Origin: an uncultured Spirochaetota bacterium
Lineage (GTDB): Bacteria > Spirochaetota > Brevinematia > Brevinematales > JAOACQ01
Direction: 5' to 3'
Length of the DNA stretch: 64,000 nucleotides
Assembly: GCA_963768055.1 (NCBI GenBank)
Contig: CAVYGN010000001.1
Coordinates: 1,088,001-1,152,000 of the forward strand
The notes under the pieces: generated by a model
Seen by the model: only the letters and a program-made list of their open reading frames with translations
The model's database searches: none
Told to the model about the DNA's origin: nothing
In this document: positions 1 through 8,866 of the stretch, in pieces
Layout: each line of letters begins with the position of its first letter
Position numbering within the stretch: position 1 is the stretch's first letter
Translations under genes and position numbers: made by a program

Positions 1-1
1 A

Positions 2-640
2 GAATTCGGATCTGGACAATTCGAGGTAAGCGTTTGTATCGCCCTGGAAACTATCCTGAAGGGCGTTTTTATCTTCATCGAACCTGTTTTCCACATAAAA
101 TTTACCATTGGTCAGGTTGATCCTTCCAAAGTAATAGATTTTGCCCTTATCTAGATTCATTACGAACGGATACCGGTAAAACCTTGCGGGGTTATAATAA
201 TATACATAAGGATAGGGCTCGTAGTAATAATACCTGAAATGATGGAAACCCCAGCCCCACCTGAATACGGTAATTCCGTAAGGATAATCGTATGGATAAT
301 AATAGGGTTCGTATCCGTATTCCTCTGGCCCGTAAGAAAAATAAATCGCTCTTACATTGTGAATTCCCGAAGGTATCGGGATCAGGAAATAGTCGACCTT
401 TCCGGGGGCAAAAGCATGTGTATAAACACGGTTTAAAAGCAGATCGGGTTCGGATCCTCTCAGGTCAAGATATATTCCCTCATCGGCATCAATACTGTAT
501 GAACCGAAAAGAAAAGTATCGAACTGCGTTTTTAAAGAAACGAAATTTTCAGGTTCTACAACAACCGATACCCAGGGTGTGCATGACAGGAACAGTATTA
601 AAACCGACGGGATAATAAAAAAAAATTTTAATTTAAGCAT
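2..640 (-). CDS. Putative lipoprotein with Tyr/Pro-rich segment (runs off the left edge; absent from ORF track)
   Basis: Manual translation from ATG 640 with GGAGG RBS upstream: MLKLKFFFIIPSVLILFLSC (lipobox-like), later YGYEPYYYPYDYPYG...WGWGFHHFRYYYYEPYPYVYYY; no stop before base 1. Confidence 0.8.
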   Translation of the reverse strand, partial: MLKLKFFFIIPSVLILFLSCTPWVSVVVEPENFVSLKTQFDTFLFGSYSIDADEGIYLDLRGSEPDLLLNRVYTHAFAPGKVDYFLIPIPSGIHNVRAIYFSYGPEEYGYEPYYYPYDYPYGITVFRWGWGFHHFRYYYYEPYPYVYYYNPARFYRYPFVMNLDKGKIYYFGRINLTNGKFYVENRFDEDKNALQDSFQGDTNAYLELSRSEF

Positions 641-676
641 AAAATCCTCCTTTGACTAATGAGGAAGTTCTTCGGT

Positions 677-1351
677 CTAAACCCTTCCAGGATAAAGCCT
701 GCCGGGCATGAGATATTTCACGAACCATCCGGTGGCAAGCTTTGCGACTTCCTCGATAGCGCCTTTTTCCTCAAAAAGATGGGTCGCACCGGGTATTATC
801 TCGATCTTTTTTTCCACCATAAGAAGATTGTAAGCCTTTTCATTCATCCCGATTACGGCTGTATCGCTTCCGCCGACTATAAGGAGGGTTGGTGAATCTA
901 CCCGGGACAGGTAATCCTTGGCAAGATCCGGCCTTCCTCCGCGGGAGACAATAGCCGTTATCCTTCCGGGATATCCGGCGGAAGAGGCTAATGCCGCCGC
1001 CGCCCCTGTACTGGCGCCGAAATAACCGAAAGGCAGTTTGCCGACGATACTATCCGAAAGCATTAAATTCGTAGCATATTGCAGGCGGCTGGCTAAAAAT
1101 TCTATATTGAAGCGGAGATTTCCGGTAAACGCATCTTCCGATTCTTCCTCTGAAGTCAATAGATCGAAAAGAAGTGTGGCGATGCCGGCTTCCTGTAAAA
1201 CAGCCGCTACAAAACGGTTTCTTGGGCTCTTCCTGCTGCTGCCGCTTCCATGAACGAAAATGACAAGGGAAAAAGCATCCTCCGGTATCGATAAATCTCC
1301 TTCAAGTTTTACGTTTCCGGCCTGGATCATGACAATTTTATTAGTAGTCAT
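677..1351 (-). CDS. Dienelactone hydrolase-like alpha/beta hydrolase
   Basis: HGSGSSRKSPRN, GYFGASTGAAAAL, VSRGGRPDLA and PGATHLFEE motifs typical of this family. Confidence 0.85.
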   Translation of the reverse strand: MTTNKIVMIQAGNVKLEGDLSIPEDAFSLVIFVHGSGSSRKSPRNRFVAAVLQEAGIATLLFDLLTSEEESEDAFTGNLRFNIEFLASRLQYATNLMLSDSIVGKLPFGYFGASTGAAAALASSAGYPGRITAIVSRGGRPDLAKDYLSRVDSPTLLIVGGSDTAVIGMNEKAYNLLMVEKKIEIIPGATHLFEEKGAIEEVAKLATGWFVKYLMPGRLYPGRV

Positions 1352-1437
1352 AATATCTTCCTTAAAAGCCCGGGACTCTCAATTACATCAAGTTCCGGTA
1401 TTTCATCATAAGCCATTTTTATCTCCCTTGGTTATTT

Positions 1438-1466
1438 AATTTAATAATTCTTATTTGAATTGTCAA
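1438..1466 (-). promoter_or_regulatory. Sigma70-type promoter for the hydrolase/lipoprotein genes
   Basis: TTGACA-17 nt-TAAATT on the minus strand. Confidence 0.55.
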
Positions 1467-1542
1467 AGCCGGTAATCGGAATTCCAAAATTGCTTCAAGA
1501 ATCTTTAAAATTGGATAGTTTTTAATAAAAAGTTTAAAATAT

Positions 1543-1657
1543 AAGGGCGGTTCCAAAAACTAACTTTGAAATTGATAAATGATGTTCTAATAGTAATGAA
1601 ACCGCCCTATGGGCACTACCTTGCCGCCTTGAAAAGGCGGTTTTTAGAAGTGTCCTA
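1543..1657. repeat. MITE-like palindromic element, copy 1
   Basis: Imperfect terminal inverted repeats (aagggcggttccaaaaac / gtttttagaagtgtccta), internal gggcggtt..aaccgccc and ccgcctt-gaa-aaggcgg stems; related to 39990-40175. Confidence 0.65.
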
Positions 1658-1686
1658 AGATCATTTCTTGTCATAAAAGGTGTTAA

Positions 1687-4600
1687 ATGCCGTCTTTTTT
1701 AGACACAATCCATGCAGAGTTTAAGCTTGATAATATTTTCAATAATTTCAATGAAAAGAGAGAGGCCGCTGTAAGCATCCCTCCGGGGGCACTTCCTTTC
1801 CTTCTCGACGGACTGGGAAAGGAATATACCTGTTTCTATATTGCAGTCAACGAGATGGAAGCGGAAGATATTTACGAAAGCCTCCTATCCATAAAATCAC
1901 CGGCCCTTTTTTTCCCGGAAGTCGATGTTATACCTTTTTCTAACGTTTTTCCCTCTCCAGACAAATTATCGGACAGGGTCAAGACCCTTTACGAACTCAC
2001 ACAGGGAAAAAGTAACATAGTTATCCTGACCCTTGAATCTTATCTGAGGAAAATACCTCCCTTAGAGTCATTTAAAAAAAGTATAATAAAACTTAAAACC
2101 GGCGGAAGAATGGAAAGGGACATCCTTATAAGCACTCTTATTGTATATCAATATATAAGGGATTTCAAGACCTCGGAACAAGGTTTTTTTTCAGTAAGGG
2201 GCGATATAGTCGATATATACCCCCCAAATTATCCGCATGGACTAAGGCTTAACTTTCTCGACGACGAGATAGAGTCAATAAAAACTTTCAGCGCGGCAAC
2301 GCAAAAATCATTCGGTACGATTGAAGAATTCGAATTGATCCCGGCAAACGAATTCGCTGCGGTAAAGGATCATATAGATGACGGCAACCGGAATTTTTTA
2401 AATGAAAACTCTATACACTCAAATTTTCCAATGTTTTACAAGGAGCTTTCTCAAATCCTGGAATACGTACCCGGCAATAAGGTGATTGTGTCAGGCGAAA
2501 GCGTATGGAAGGGCATGGATGTTATAATTTCAAAATACTCGCAGTTCGGATCCGACAGGGAAGATTTGATATGGAATATTGATAATATTAAGGAATTCGA
2601 AAAAGACAGCTATTCGCTCAGGCTTGTTCCGCAGGCCGAGGATTTAATGCCGGCGCGTTTTTCAGAAGCCCCTGAATTCGGCGAAGGGTTTTCCCGCTTT
2701 ATGGCAGACATAGACGAAGCTTATCTGAAAAAAGGGTACAGGATTTTCCTTCTTGTCGAGTATGAAGACCTCGCCAAAAGGCTGTCCGGGATACTTAAAA
2801 AATACGGCCCGAAGATAGTCGGAAGGGATGAAGAAATCGGCGCCGATACAGCACTTTCGATAATTGTGATAAATTACGAACATGGATTTGAACTATTATC
2901 TCCTTCGGGAAAATACCTGGTCCTTACTGAAAGCGATATAAGCGGGAAAAAGCGTTTATTCCGGAAAAGGATACGGCAGATAGACACCCTCTTCGAGGAC
3001 ATTGAGGACATACAGGAAGGGGAACACATTGTCCATTTGAATTACGGCATAGGAATATTCAAAAATATTGAAAGGATAAATGTCCTGGGAAAGGAAAAGG
3101 ATTATATTCTTCTGGAATATGCGCAGGGAGAAAAACTTTACGTGCCGCTGGAACAGTCGAATCTGATAGGCAAATATGTCGGCGGCCTTACAAAAAAACC
3201 CGTTCTTGATTCCCTGGGCGGAAAAAGCTGGGCCAAAAAAAAGGAAAAGGTAAAGAACAGCATAGAGGAGTATGCGCGGAGGCTTGTGTCTATCTATGCA
3301 AAAAGGGGATCTTTGCCCGGTCACATTTTCTCCCCCGATACATCATGGCAGAAGGATTTTGAAGACAGGTTCGAATATATTGAAACACCCGATCAGGTCA
3401 AAGTGATTGAAGAGATAAAACGCGACATGGAAAATTCGCGTCCGATGGACAGGTTGTTATGCGGCGATGTAGGTTTTGGAAAAACAGAGGTGGCAATGCG
3501 CTGCGCTTTCAAGGCGATAATGGACGGCAGGCAGGTTGCCATTATTGCGCCGACTACAGTCCTTGTCGAGCAGCACTATTATACATTCATGGAAAGGTTT
3601 AAGGGTTTCCCCGTAAGGATAGACTATATTTCACGCTTTACAGAACCTGGAAAACTTAAACAAATCATCCGGGAAACACGGAACCACCGGATAGATATTC
3701 TTATCGGGACCCACAAATTGTTTTCAAAGGATATAGCCTTTCATTCATTGGGTCTTGTTATTATCGACGAGGAGCATAAATTCGGTGTAAATCACAAAGA
3801 AATAATGAAAGAAAGGTATCCGCTTGTCGACTTTTTATCTCTCTCGGCAACCCCTATACCGAGGACTCTTAATATGGCTATGTCAACTCTTCGGGATATA
3901 AGCCTCCTTGAAACTCCTCCCGACATGAGAATAGCCGTCGAGACTTATGTGGCGGATTTTTCCACGGACATAGTAAAATTTGCTATCGAAGCCGAATTGT
4001 CAAGGGATGGCCAGGTGTTTTTTGTCCATAATACTATAAAGAGGCTCCCCGAATACGCCTATATGATCCAGAAAGCGGTTCCCGAAGCTAAAATCGCGAT
4101 AGGCCATGGCCGGATGGATGAAGATGAACTTGAGAAGTCGTTCATAGGATTCGTAAGGGGGGAATATAATGTGCTTGTTTCTACGACTATTATCGATTCG
4201 GGACTGGATATTTCCAATGCAAACACTATTATCATAAGCGACGCTCATAGATTCGGCCTTTCACAGCTATACCAGTTAAAGGGCCGCGTAGGAAGGTCAA
4301 AAAGGCAGGGATACGCTTATTTTCTCTATCCGGAAAGTAAAAGCTTGACGGAAACAGCTCAAAAGAGGCTTTTTGTTATAAACGAATATACGAACCTCGG
4401 CGCCGGTTTCAATATAGCCCTCAAAGACCTTGAGATCAGGGGGGCCGGGAATATACTCGGCCATGAACAGCATGGCAATATCATATCCGTCGGTTTCGAT
4501 GTATATACAAGGCTCCTTCGCGAAGAGATAGAGAAACTGCAGGGAAAATATAATGAGGAAATCGACACCCTGATCGACCTGAATTACAATGCCTTTATTC

Positions 4601-5007
4601 CCCCGTCTTTTATATCCGATAACGCTTCAAAAATGGAGATCTATAAAAAGATCCTATCAGTAAGGAGCGAGGAAGAGATAAAGTCCCTTGTCCTTGAACT
4701 GAACGACAGGTTTGGCGTCATACCGGCGGAGGTGAACGCACTGTTTGAAATTTCACGCTTGAAGATCAGGGCTTCCGCCCTCGGCATTGAATCTATCATC
4801 GAAAAAACGGAATTTATCGAAATTGTTTTATCGCATTTTTCAAAAGTGGACCCAGTCAAGGTTATGACATTGAAACAGGCGGGCAGGCATGAAATTAGCG
4901 TGAAACCTGTAGAAAAGAACAAGATATTTTACAGGAGTTTCGAATCGAGTATTATAATCAAGGTAAAAAGGCTTATCGGTTTTCTTGATGATATAAAAGA
5001 GTCTTAG
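1687..5007 (+). CDS. mfd: Transcription-repair coupling factor
   Basis: UvrB-homology N-terminus, RID (HIVHLNYGIG), MDRLLCGDVGFGKTEVA, DEEH, QLKGRVGRS, DLEIRGAGNILG, TRCF C-terminus. Confidence 0.98.
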   Translation: MPSFLDTIHAEFKLDNIFNNFNEKREAAVSIPPGALPFLLDGLGKEYTCFYIAVNEMEAEDIYESLLSIKSPALFFPEVDVIPFSNVFPSPDKLSDRVKTLYELTQGKSNIVILTLESYLRKIPPLESFKKSIIKLKTGGRMERDILISTLIVYQYIRDFKTSEQGFFSVRGDIVDIYPPNYPHGLRLNFLDDEIESIKTFSAATQKSFGTIEEFELIPANEFAAVKDHIDDGNRNFLNENSIHSNFPMFYKELSQILEYVPGNKVIVSGESVWKGMDVIISKYSQFGSDREDLIWNIDNIKEFEKDSYSLRLVPQAEDLMPARFSEAPEFGEGFSRFMADIDEAYLKKGYRIFLLVEYEDLAKRLSGILKKYGPKIVGRDEEIGADTALSIIVINYEHGFELLSPSGKYLVLTESDISGKKRLFRKRIRQIDTLFEDIEDIQEGEHIVHLNYGIGIFKNIERINVLGKEKDYILLEYAQGEKLYVPLEQSNLIGKYVGGLTKKPVLDSLGGKSWAKKKEKVKNSIEEYARRLVSIYAKRGSLPGHIFSPDTSWQKDFEDRFEYIETPDQVKVIEEIKRDMENSRPMDRLLCGDVGFGKTEVAMRCAFKAIMDGRQVAIIAPTTVLVEQHYYTFMERFKGFPVRIDYISRFTEPGKLKQIIRETRNHRIDILIGTHKLFSKDIAFHSLGLVIIDEEHKFGVNHKEIMKERYPLVDFLSLSATPIPRTLNMAMSTLRDISLLETPPDMRIAVETYVADFSTDIVKFAIEAELSRDGQVFFVHNTIKRLPEYAYMIQKAVPEAKIAIGHGRMDEDELEKSFIGFVRGEYNVLVSTTIIDSGLDISNANTIIISDAHRFGLSQLYQLKGRVGRSKRQGYAYFLYPESKSLTETAQKRLFVINEYTNLGAGFNIALKDLEIRGAGNILGHEQHGNIISVGFDVYTRLLREEIEKLQGKYNEEIDTLIDLNYNAFIPPSFISDNASKMEIYKKILSVRSEEEIKSLVLELNDRFGVIPAEVNALFEISRLKIRASALGIESIIEKTEFIEIVLSHFSKVDPVKVMTLKQAGRHEISVKPVEKNKIFYRSFESSIIIKVKRLIGFLDDIKES

Positions 5008-5079
5008 CGGGATTTGCATTTAACCGTATCGTCATGGTAATATATATGCGGGGCAAAGATTTGCGAGGTACGCTTTAAC

Positions 5080-7035
5080 TTGATCGTTCACAAAAAATTG
5101 AACTGGTTCTGGGCCATATCCTGGAGCGCCTTGATAATATCAGGCTGTCTTTATATCTTTACGGGCATTGCAAGGGAAAGCCTCGGATATGAAGAGAGTT
5201 ATACCGCGGTTATGGCGTGCAGATCTATCAGGGATATCCTTCATATCTGCGCCATGGAAAACCGTTCCCCTTTATTTTATCTTATGATTCATATCTTTCG
5301 GGGCTTTTTTGGAAATTCCATTGTATCCCTCCGTTCTTTTTCATTGATCGGGACCTTTTTACTATCGATTCTCGGAATAGGGCCTGTAAGAAATATATTC
5401 GGCCGCGAAGCCGGGTTCACTTTTACCGCCCTTGCGTTTTTTATACCGGCAGGCCTGTTTTTATCCGGTGAGGCGGGTATGTATACATGGGCCGTTTTTT
5501 TAACAACCGGAGCCGCAATTTTCGGCTTTATCGCTTTAACCGAAGGAAAAACACAAAACTATATTTATTTTGTCCTGTTTTCCATTTCAGCCTGTTTTAT
5601 TCATTATTCTGCTTTTATCGGTGTAATAATTATCAATTTAAGCATCATTTACTATTTGATGATCAGGAGAAATAAGAGGCTTCGTGTTTTTATATTATGC
5701 TCCGGAGCTGTATTTCTTTTATATCTGCCATGGGCCGTTTCCTTGCCTGTACAGATCCGGGATTTATCGGCCGATACCCCTCAAAACATGCCCCTGTCTT
5801 CTGTCATTGATTTTATTTTATATCCTTTCAGGGATAAATTCCGGCTTTCCCCGTCAATAAAACCCTGGACGGCATTATCCGATATCCCTGCGCTCATAAT
5901 TGCCGCCGGTTTAATTATCATCGGGCTTAAAAAGGCCTTTAAAAGCAAAAGAAATGACGGCAGAATGGCTATCCTTGCTTTCCTGGTTTTTGCACTGACT
6001 TTTTTCTTGATCACCGCTTTTTCGGAATATTTCAGGCCTCTCCCTGAAGCGAATGATATGACGCCGGTAATGGGGCTTTTTCTGTTAGTTTTAGCTTACG
6101 GCATATGTGGAATCCGTATTTTATCGATACGTATTTCCTGTATTATGATCCTGGCCCTGTTATTTTTGCCTCAGCACCAGTTTATAAGGAATAACAGGTT
6201 CAATGGCCCTATGGACAGGGTCTCCGGTTACATTATAAAGTATGTACGTCCCGGTGATGTTTTTCTGCATACAGATGAAAAAACATTCGGGGCTTTCTGC
6301 TATTATCTTCCTACTTTTAAACAATATCTATATTTGAGTACTTTATATAAGGGTAGCGCCCCTTTCAGGGCGTTTGAAAATAAGGGGGAAATATTTTCAA
6401 ACGGGATCGTCAATTTTATGGACAATCACAGGAATTTCTGGCTTGTGACCAGGCCGTCGGCCTGGCAGGCTTTTCTTGCAGATTCCTGGATAGCCTCCGG
6501 GAAACTGAAAATCAGCGGCGATGTGATGAGATTCAGCGGCAGATACTCCTCTATGAACATAAACCTTTTCCCTGTGGAAAGAACCTCGAAATATGCGTCA
6601 GAAACCCGGTGGGGCGTTCCCGATATCACCAACACCCTTGATACTCATTTATATTCCGGACATTCAGGAACCCTGAATGTAGCGCTTGACGGGTTTCCTG
6701 AAAATACCGGAAAAGCTGTGATAATTCTCTATGAACATGGCAGCATCATGCCTCAAAATATTTACCGTTATAAAAGCACAGTGATCGCCGGACGTAAAGT
6801 TTCGGTCAGTTTCGAAGATGTCCCTTACGGCGAGTATGCCATATACGCTTTTCATGACAGGAACACAAATGAGAGGCCTGACGTTATTCCGGGAAATTTT
6901 ATGGAAAAGGAAGGGATTTCGGCCTTAAACCCGGAAGCGGAGTCTTTACTTGATTTTGACGAGGCAGGATTCATTCTTCAAACGAATGAGACAGAGGTCC
7001 GGGTGCACATGGTTTACCGGCCGCTGGGCAGATAA
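5080..7035 (+). CDS. GT-C fold (GT39/PMT-like) membrane glycosyltransferase fused to a C-terminal DUF2141-like domain
   Basis: Many TM helices; SLGYEESYT, SPLFY, SLRSFSL, EAGMY, YLPW motifs; C-terminal FEDVPYGEYAIYAFHDRNTN; TTG start. Confidence 0.72.
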   Translation: MIVHKKLNWFWAISWSALIISGCLYIFTGIARESLGYEESYTAVMACRSIRDILHICAMENRSPLFYLMIHIFRGFFGNSIVSLRSFSLIGTFLLSILGIGPVRNIFGREAGFTFTALAFFIPAGLFLSGEAGMYTWAVFLTTGAAIFGFIALTEGKTQNYIYFVLFSISACFIHYSAFIGVIIINLSIIYYLMIRRNKRLRVFILCSGAVFLLYLPWAVSLPVQIRDLSADTPQNMPLSSVIDFILYPFRDKFRLSPSIKPWTALSDIPALIIAAGLIIIGLKKAFKSKRNDGRMAILAFLVFALTFFLITAFSEYFRPLPEANDMTPVMGLFLLVLAYGICGIRILSIRISCIMILALLFLPQHQFIRNNRFNGPMDRVSGYIIKYVRPGDVFLHTDEKTFGAFCYYLPTFKQYLYLSTLYKGSAPFRAFENKGEIFSNGIVNFMDNHRNFWLVTRPSAWQAFLADSWIASGKLKISGDVMRFSGRYSSMNINLFPVERTSKYASETRWGVPDITNTLDTHLYSGHSGTLNVALDGFPENTGKAVIILYEHGSIMPQNIYRYKSTVIAGRKVSVSFEDVPYGEYAIYAFHDRNTNERPDVIPGNFMEKEGISALNPEAESLLDFDEAGFILQTNETEVRVHMVYRPLGR

Positions 7036-7048
7036 CAAGGAGAAACGC

Positions 7049-7987
7049 ATGTTAAGAAAGGGCGGCAGTGCCGGGTGGATCGAATTCAAAAGAAAAAGCG
7101 TTCCATACCTTTTTATAACCCCCTTTTATGCCTCATTTCTTGTTTTTAGCGCCTTTCCCATCCTGTTTTCATTTTTTCTCAGCTTCCAGAAGTGGAATGG
7201 CGTAGGCGCATGGCAATTCGACGGGCTTGGAAACTTTGTAAGCCTTTTTATCGACGGGGAATTCTGGTTTTCTCTTTTAGTAACTTTCTCGATAATGGTC
7301 CTTACAATTCTACCCCTTCATGCTCTTTCGATTTTTTTTGCCTTCCTTCTTAATTCTGCATTCGTTAAATTTAAAACATTTTTTAAAGCAGTCTTTTTTC
7401 TGCCCTTTATAACCTCTTCAGTCGTCCTTGCGGTAATATTCTGGCTTATATTTTCAAACCATGGGATATTGAACAGGATTATCGAAAGATATTTCGAATT
7501 TTTTATTTTATTGATGAACATCAAGGTCCCCATTTTATGGCTTTATGATTTATTATTTCCCGTCACTGTCAGTGTTATCATGATCTGGAAACTTATCGGC
7601 TGGAACACGATATTGTATTTTGCCGCTCTGCAGGGCATCCCGAAGCCGCTTTACGAAGCCGCGAGGGTGGACGGGGCCTCATGGCCCCAGATATTTTATC
7701 GGATAACGCTGCCCCTTTTGCGGCCTATGATATATTTCGCAGTTACAATGTCGGTAATAACCCTGATGCAGCTTTTTGACGAACCGGCGGTTCTTGTCGG
7801 CACTAATAATCTGTCCTGGGTCAGGGCGGTTACAATGGTAATCTACCTGTATAAACAGGCCTTTATCCATATGAATTTCGGCATGGCGGCAGCGACGTCA
7901 TACGTCATATTTATCATAATATTCCTTCTTTCACGCCTTCTAAGGGCCGTATTTTATGAAGGGCTTGCAGGCGAGGCGCTGAAATGA
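7049..7987 (+). CDS. Carbohydrate ABC transporter permease 1
   Basis: EAA loop LYEAARVDGASWPQIFYRITLPLL; start moved to ATG 7049 after AGGAG. Confidence 0.93.
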   Translation: MLRKGGSAGWIEFKRKSVPYLFITPFYASFLVFSAFPILFSFFLSFQKWNGVGAWQFDGLGNFVSLFIDGEFWFSLLVTFSIMVLTILPLHALSIFFAFLLNSAFVKFKTFFKAVFFLPFITSSVVLAVIFWLIFSNHGILNRIIERYFEFFILLMNIKVPILWLYDLLFPVTVSVIMIWKLIGWNTILYFAALQGIPKPLYEAARVDGASWPQIFYRITLPLLRPMIYFAVTMSVITLMQLFDEPAVLVGTNNLSWVRAVTMVIYLYKQAFIHMNFGMAAATSYVIFIIIFLLSRLLRAVFYEGLAGEALK

Positions 7988-8865
7988 CGGATGTGAAGAG
8001 GAGGAATTCGTTCTTTTATTATTTAAATTCTATTTTTCTTTTTTTTAAAAGGATTCTTATTAATACTGGAATTTACATGCCTTTAATAATCCTTGCCGCG
8101 GCGATGGTGTTTCCATTCATTTATATGTTCATCGCATCGACTAAAAACAGCCACCAGATTTATTTTCACCCGGATAAGCTAAGTCTGGGGCGCGACTGGG
8201 TGGATAATATAAAGGCAAATTACCTTATCCTCATTTATTCCACTCCCTTTTGGGGAAGTTTGTTAAACAGCCTTTATATAGGCCTGATGAGCACTTTTTT
8301 TACTCTTTTAGGCTCATCTCTGGGCGGCTACGGCTTCGCGGTATACCGTTTCAGGGGTAAAGAACTGTTGTTCAACATCATGCTCATTACCCTTATGATT
8401 CCGCCTACGGTAAGCGTGATCCCGCTGTTTTCGATGATGAAAGCCTTCGGATGGTTCAGCAAGGCGAGGGCATTATACCTCCCGACCCTTGCCAGCGCTT
8501 ACGGTGTATTCATGTTACGCAAATACCTTGAAAGTTCGATGTCCAGGGACCTGATCGACTCTGCCAGGATCGACGGGTGTTCCGAATTTACAATTTATTT
8601 CAGAATAATTATGCCCCTGGCCAGGCCGATACTGGGAGCCCTGGGGATTATTACTTTTATAACAAGCTGGGGGGCGTTTTTTCTGCCCCTGCTGCTTATG
8701 CGTGAAACCGGCTCCTGGACAATTCCCGTATTGATGACAAGGGTTCCACCGGGTTCGTCGCTTTTGGCCGGATCGATTACCACCATACCTGTCTGCATAA
8801 TATTTTTAATATTGTCGAAATGGATCATTTCAGGCATAACCGAAGGGTCGCTCAGGGAATTATAG
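7984..8865 (+). CDS. Carbohydrate ABC transporter permease 2
   Basis: LIDSARIDGCSEFTIYFRIIMPLA EAA-like motif; ATGA overlap with permease 1. Confidence 0.93.
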   Translation: MTDVKRRNSFFYYLNSIFLFFKRILINTGIYMPLIILAAAMVFPFIYMFIASTKNSHQIYFHPDKLSLGRDWVDNIKANYLILIYSTPFWGSLLNSLYIGLMSTFFTLLGSSLGGYGFAVYRFRGKELLFNIMLITLMIPPTVSVIPLFSMMKAFGWFSKARALYLPTLASAYGVFMLRKYLESSMSRDLIDSARIDGCSEFTIYFRIIMPLARPILGALGIITFITSWGAFFLPLLLMRETGSWTIPVLMTRVPPGSSLLAGSITTIPVCIIFLILSKWIISGITEGSLREL

Positions 8866-8866
8866 C

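Noticed and set aside
239..615. Plus-strand ORFs 239-436 and 292-615
   Set aside because: Shadows of the minus-strand lipoprotein, which has an RBS and a signal peptide.
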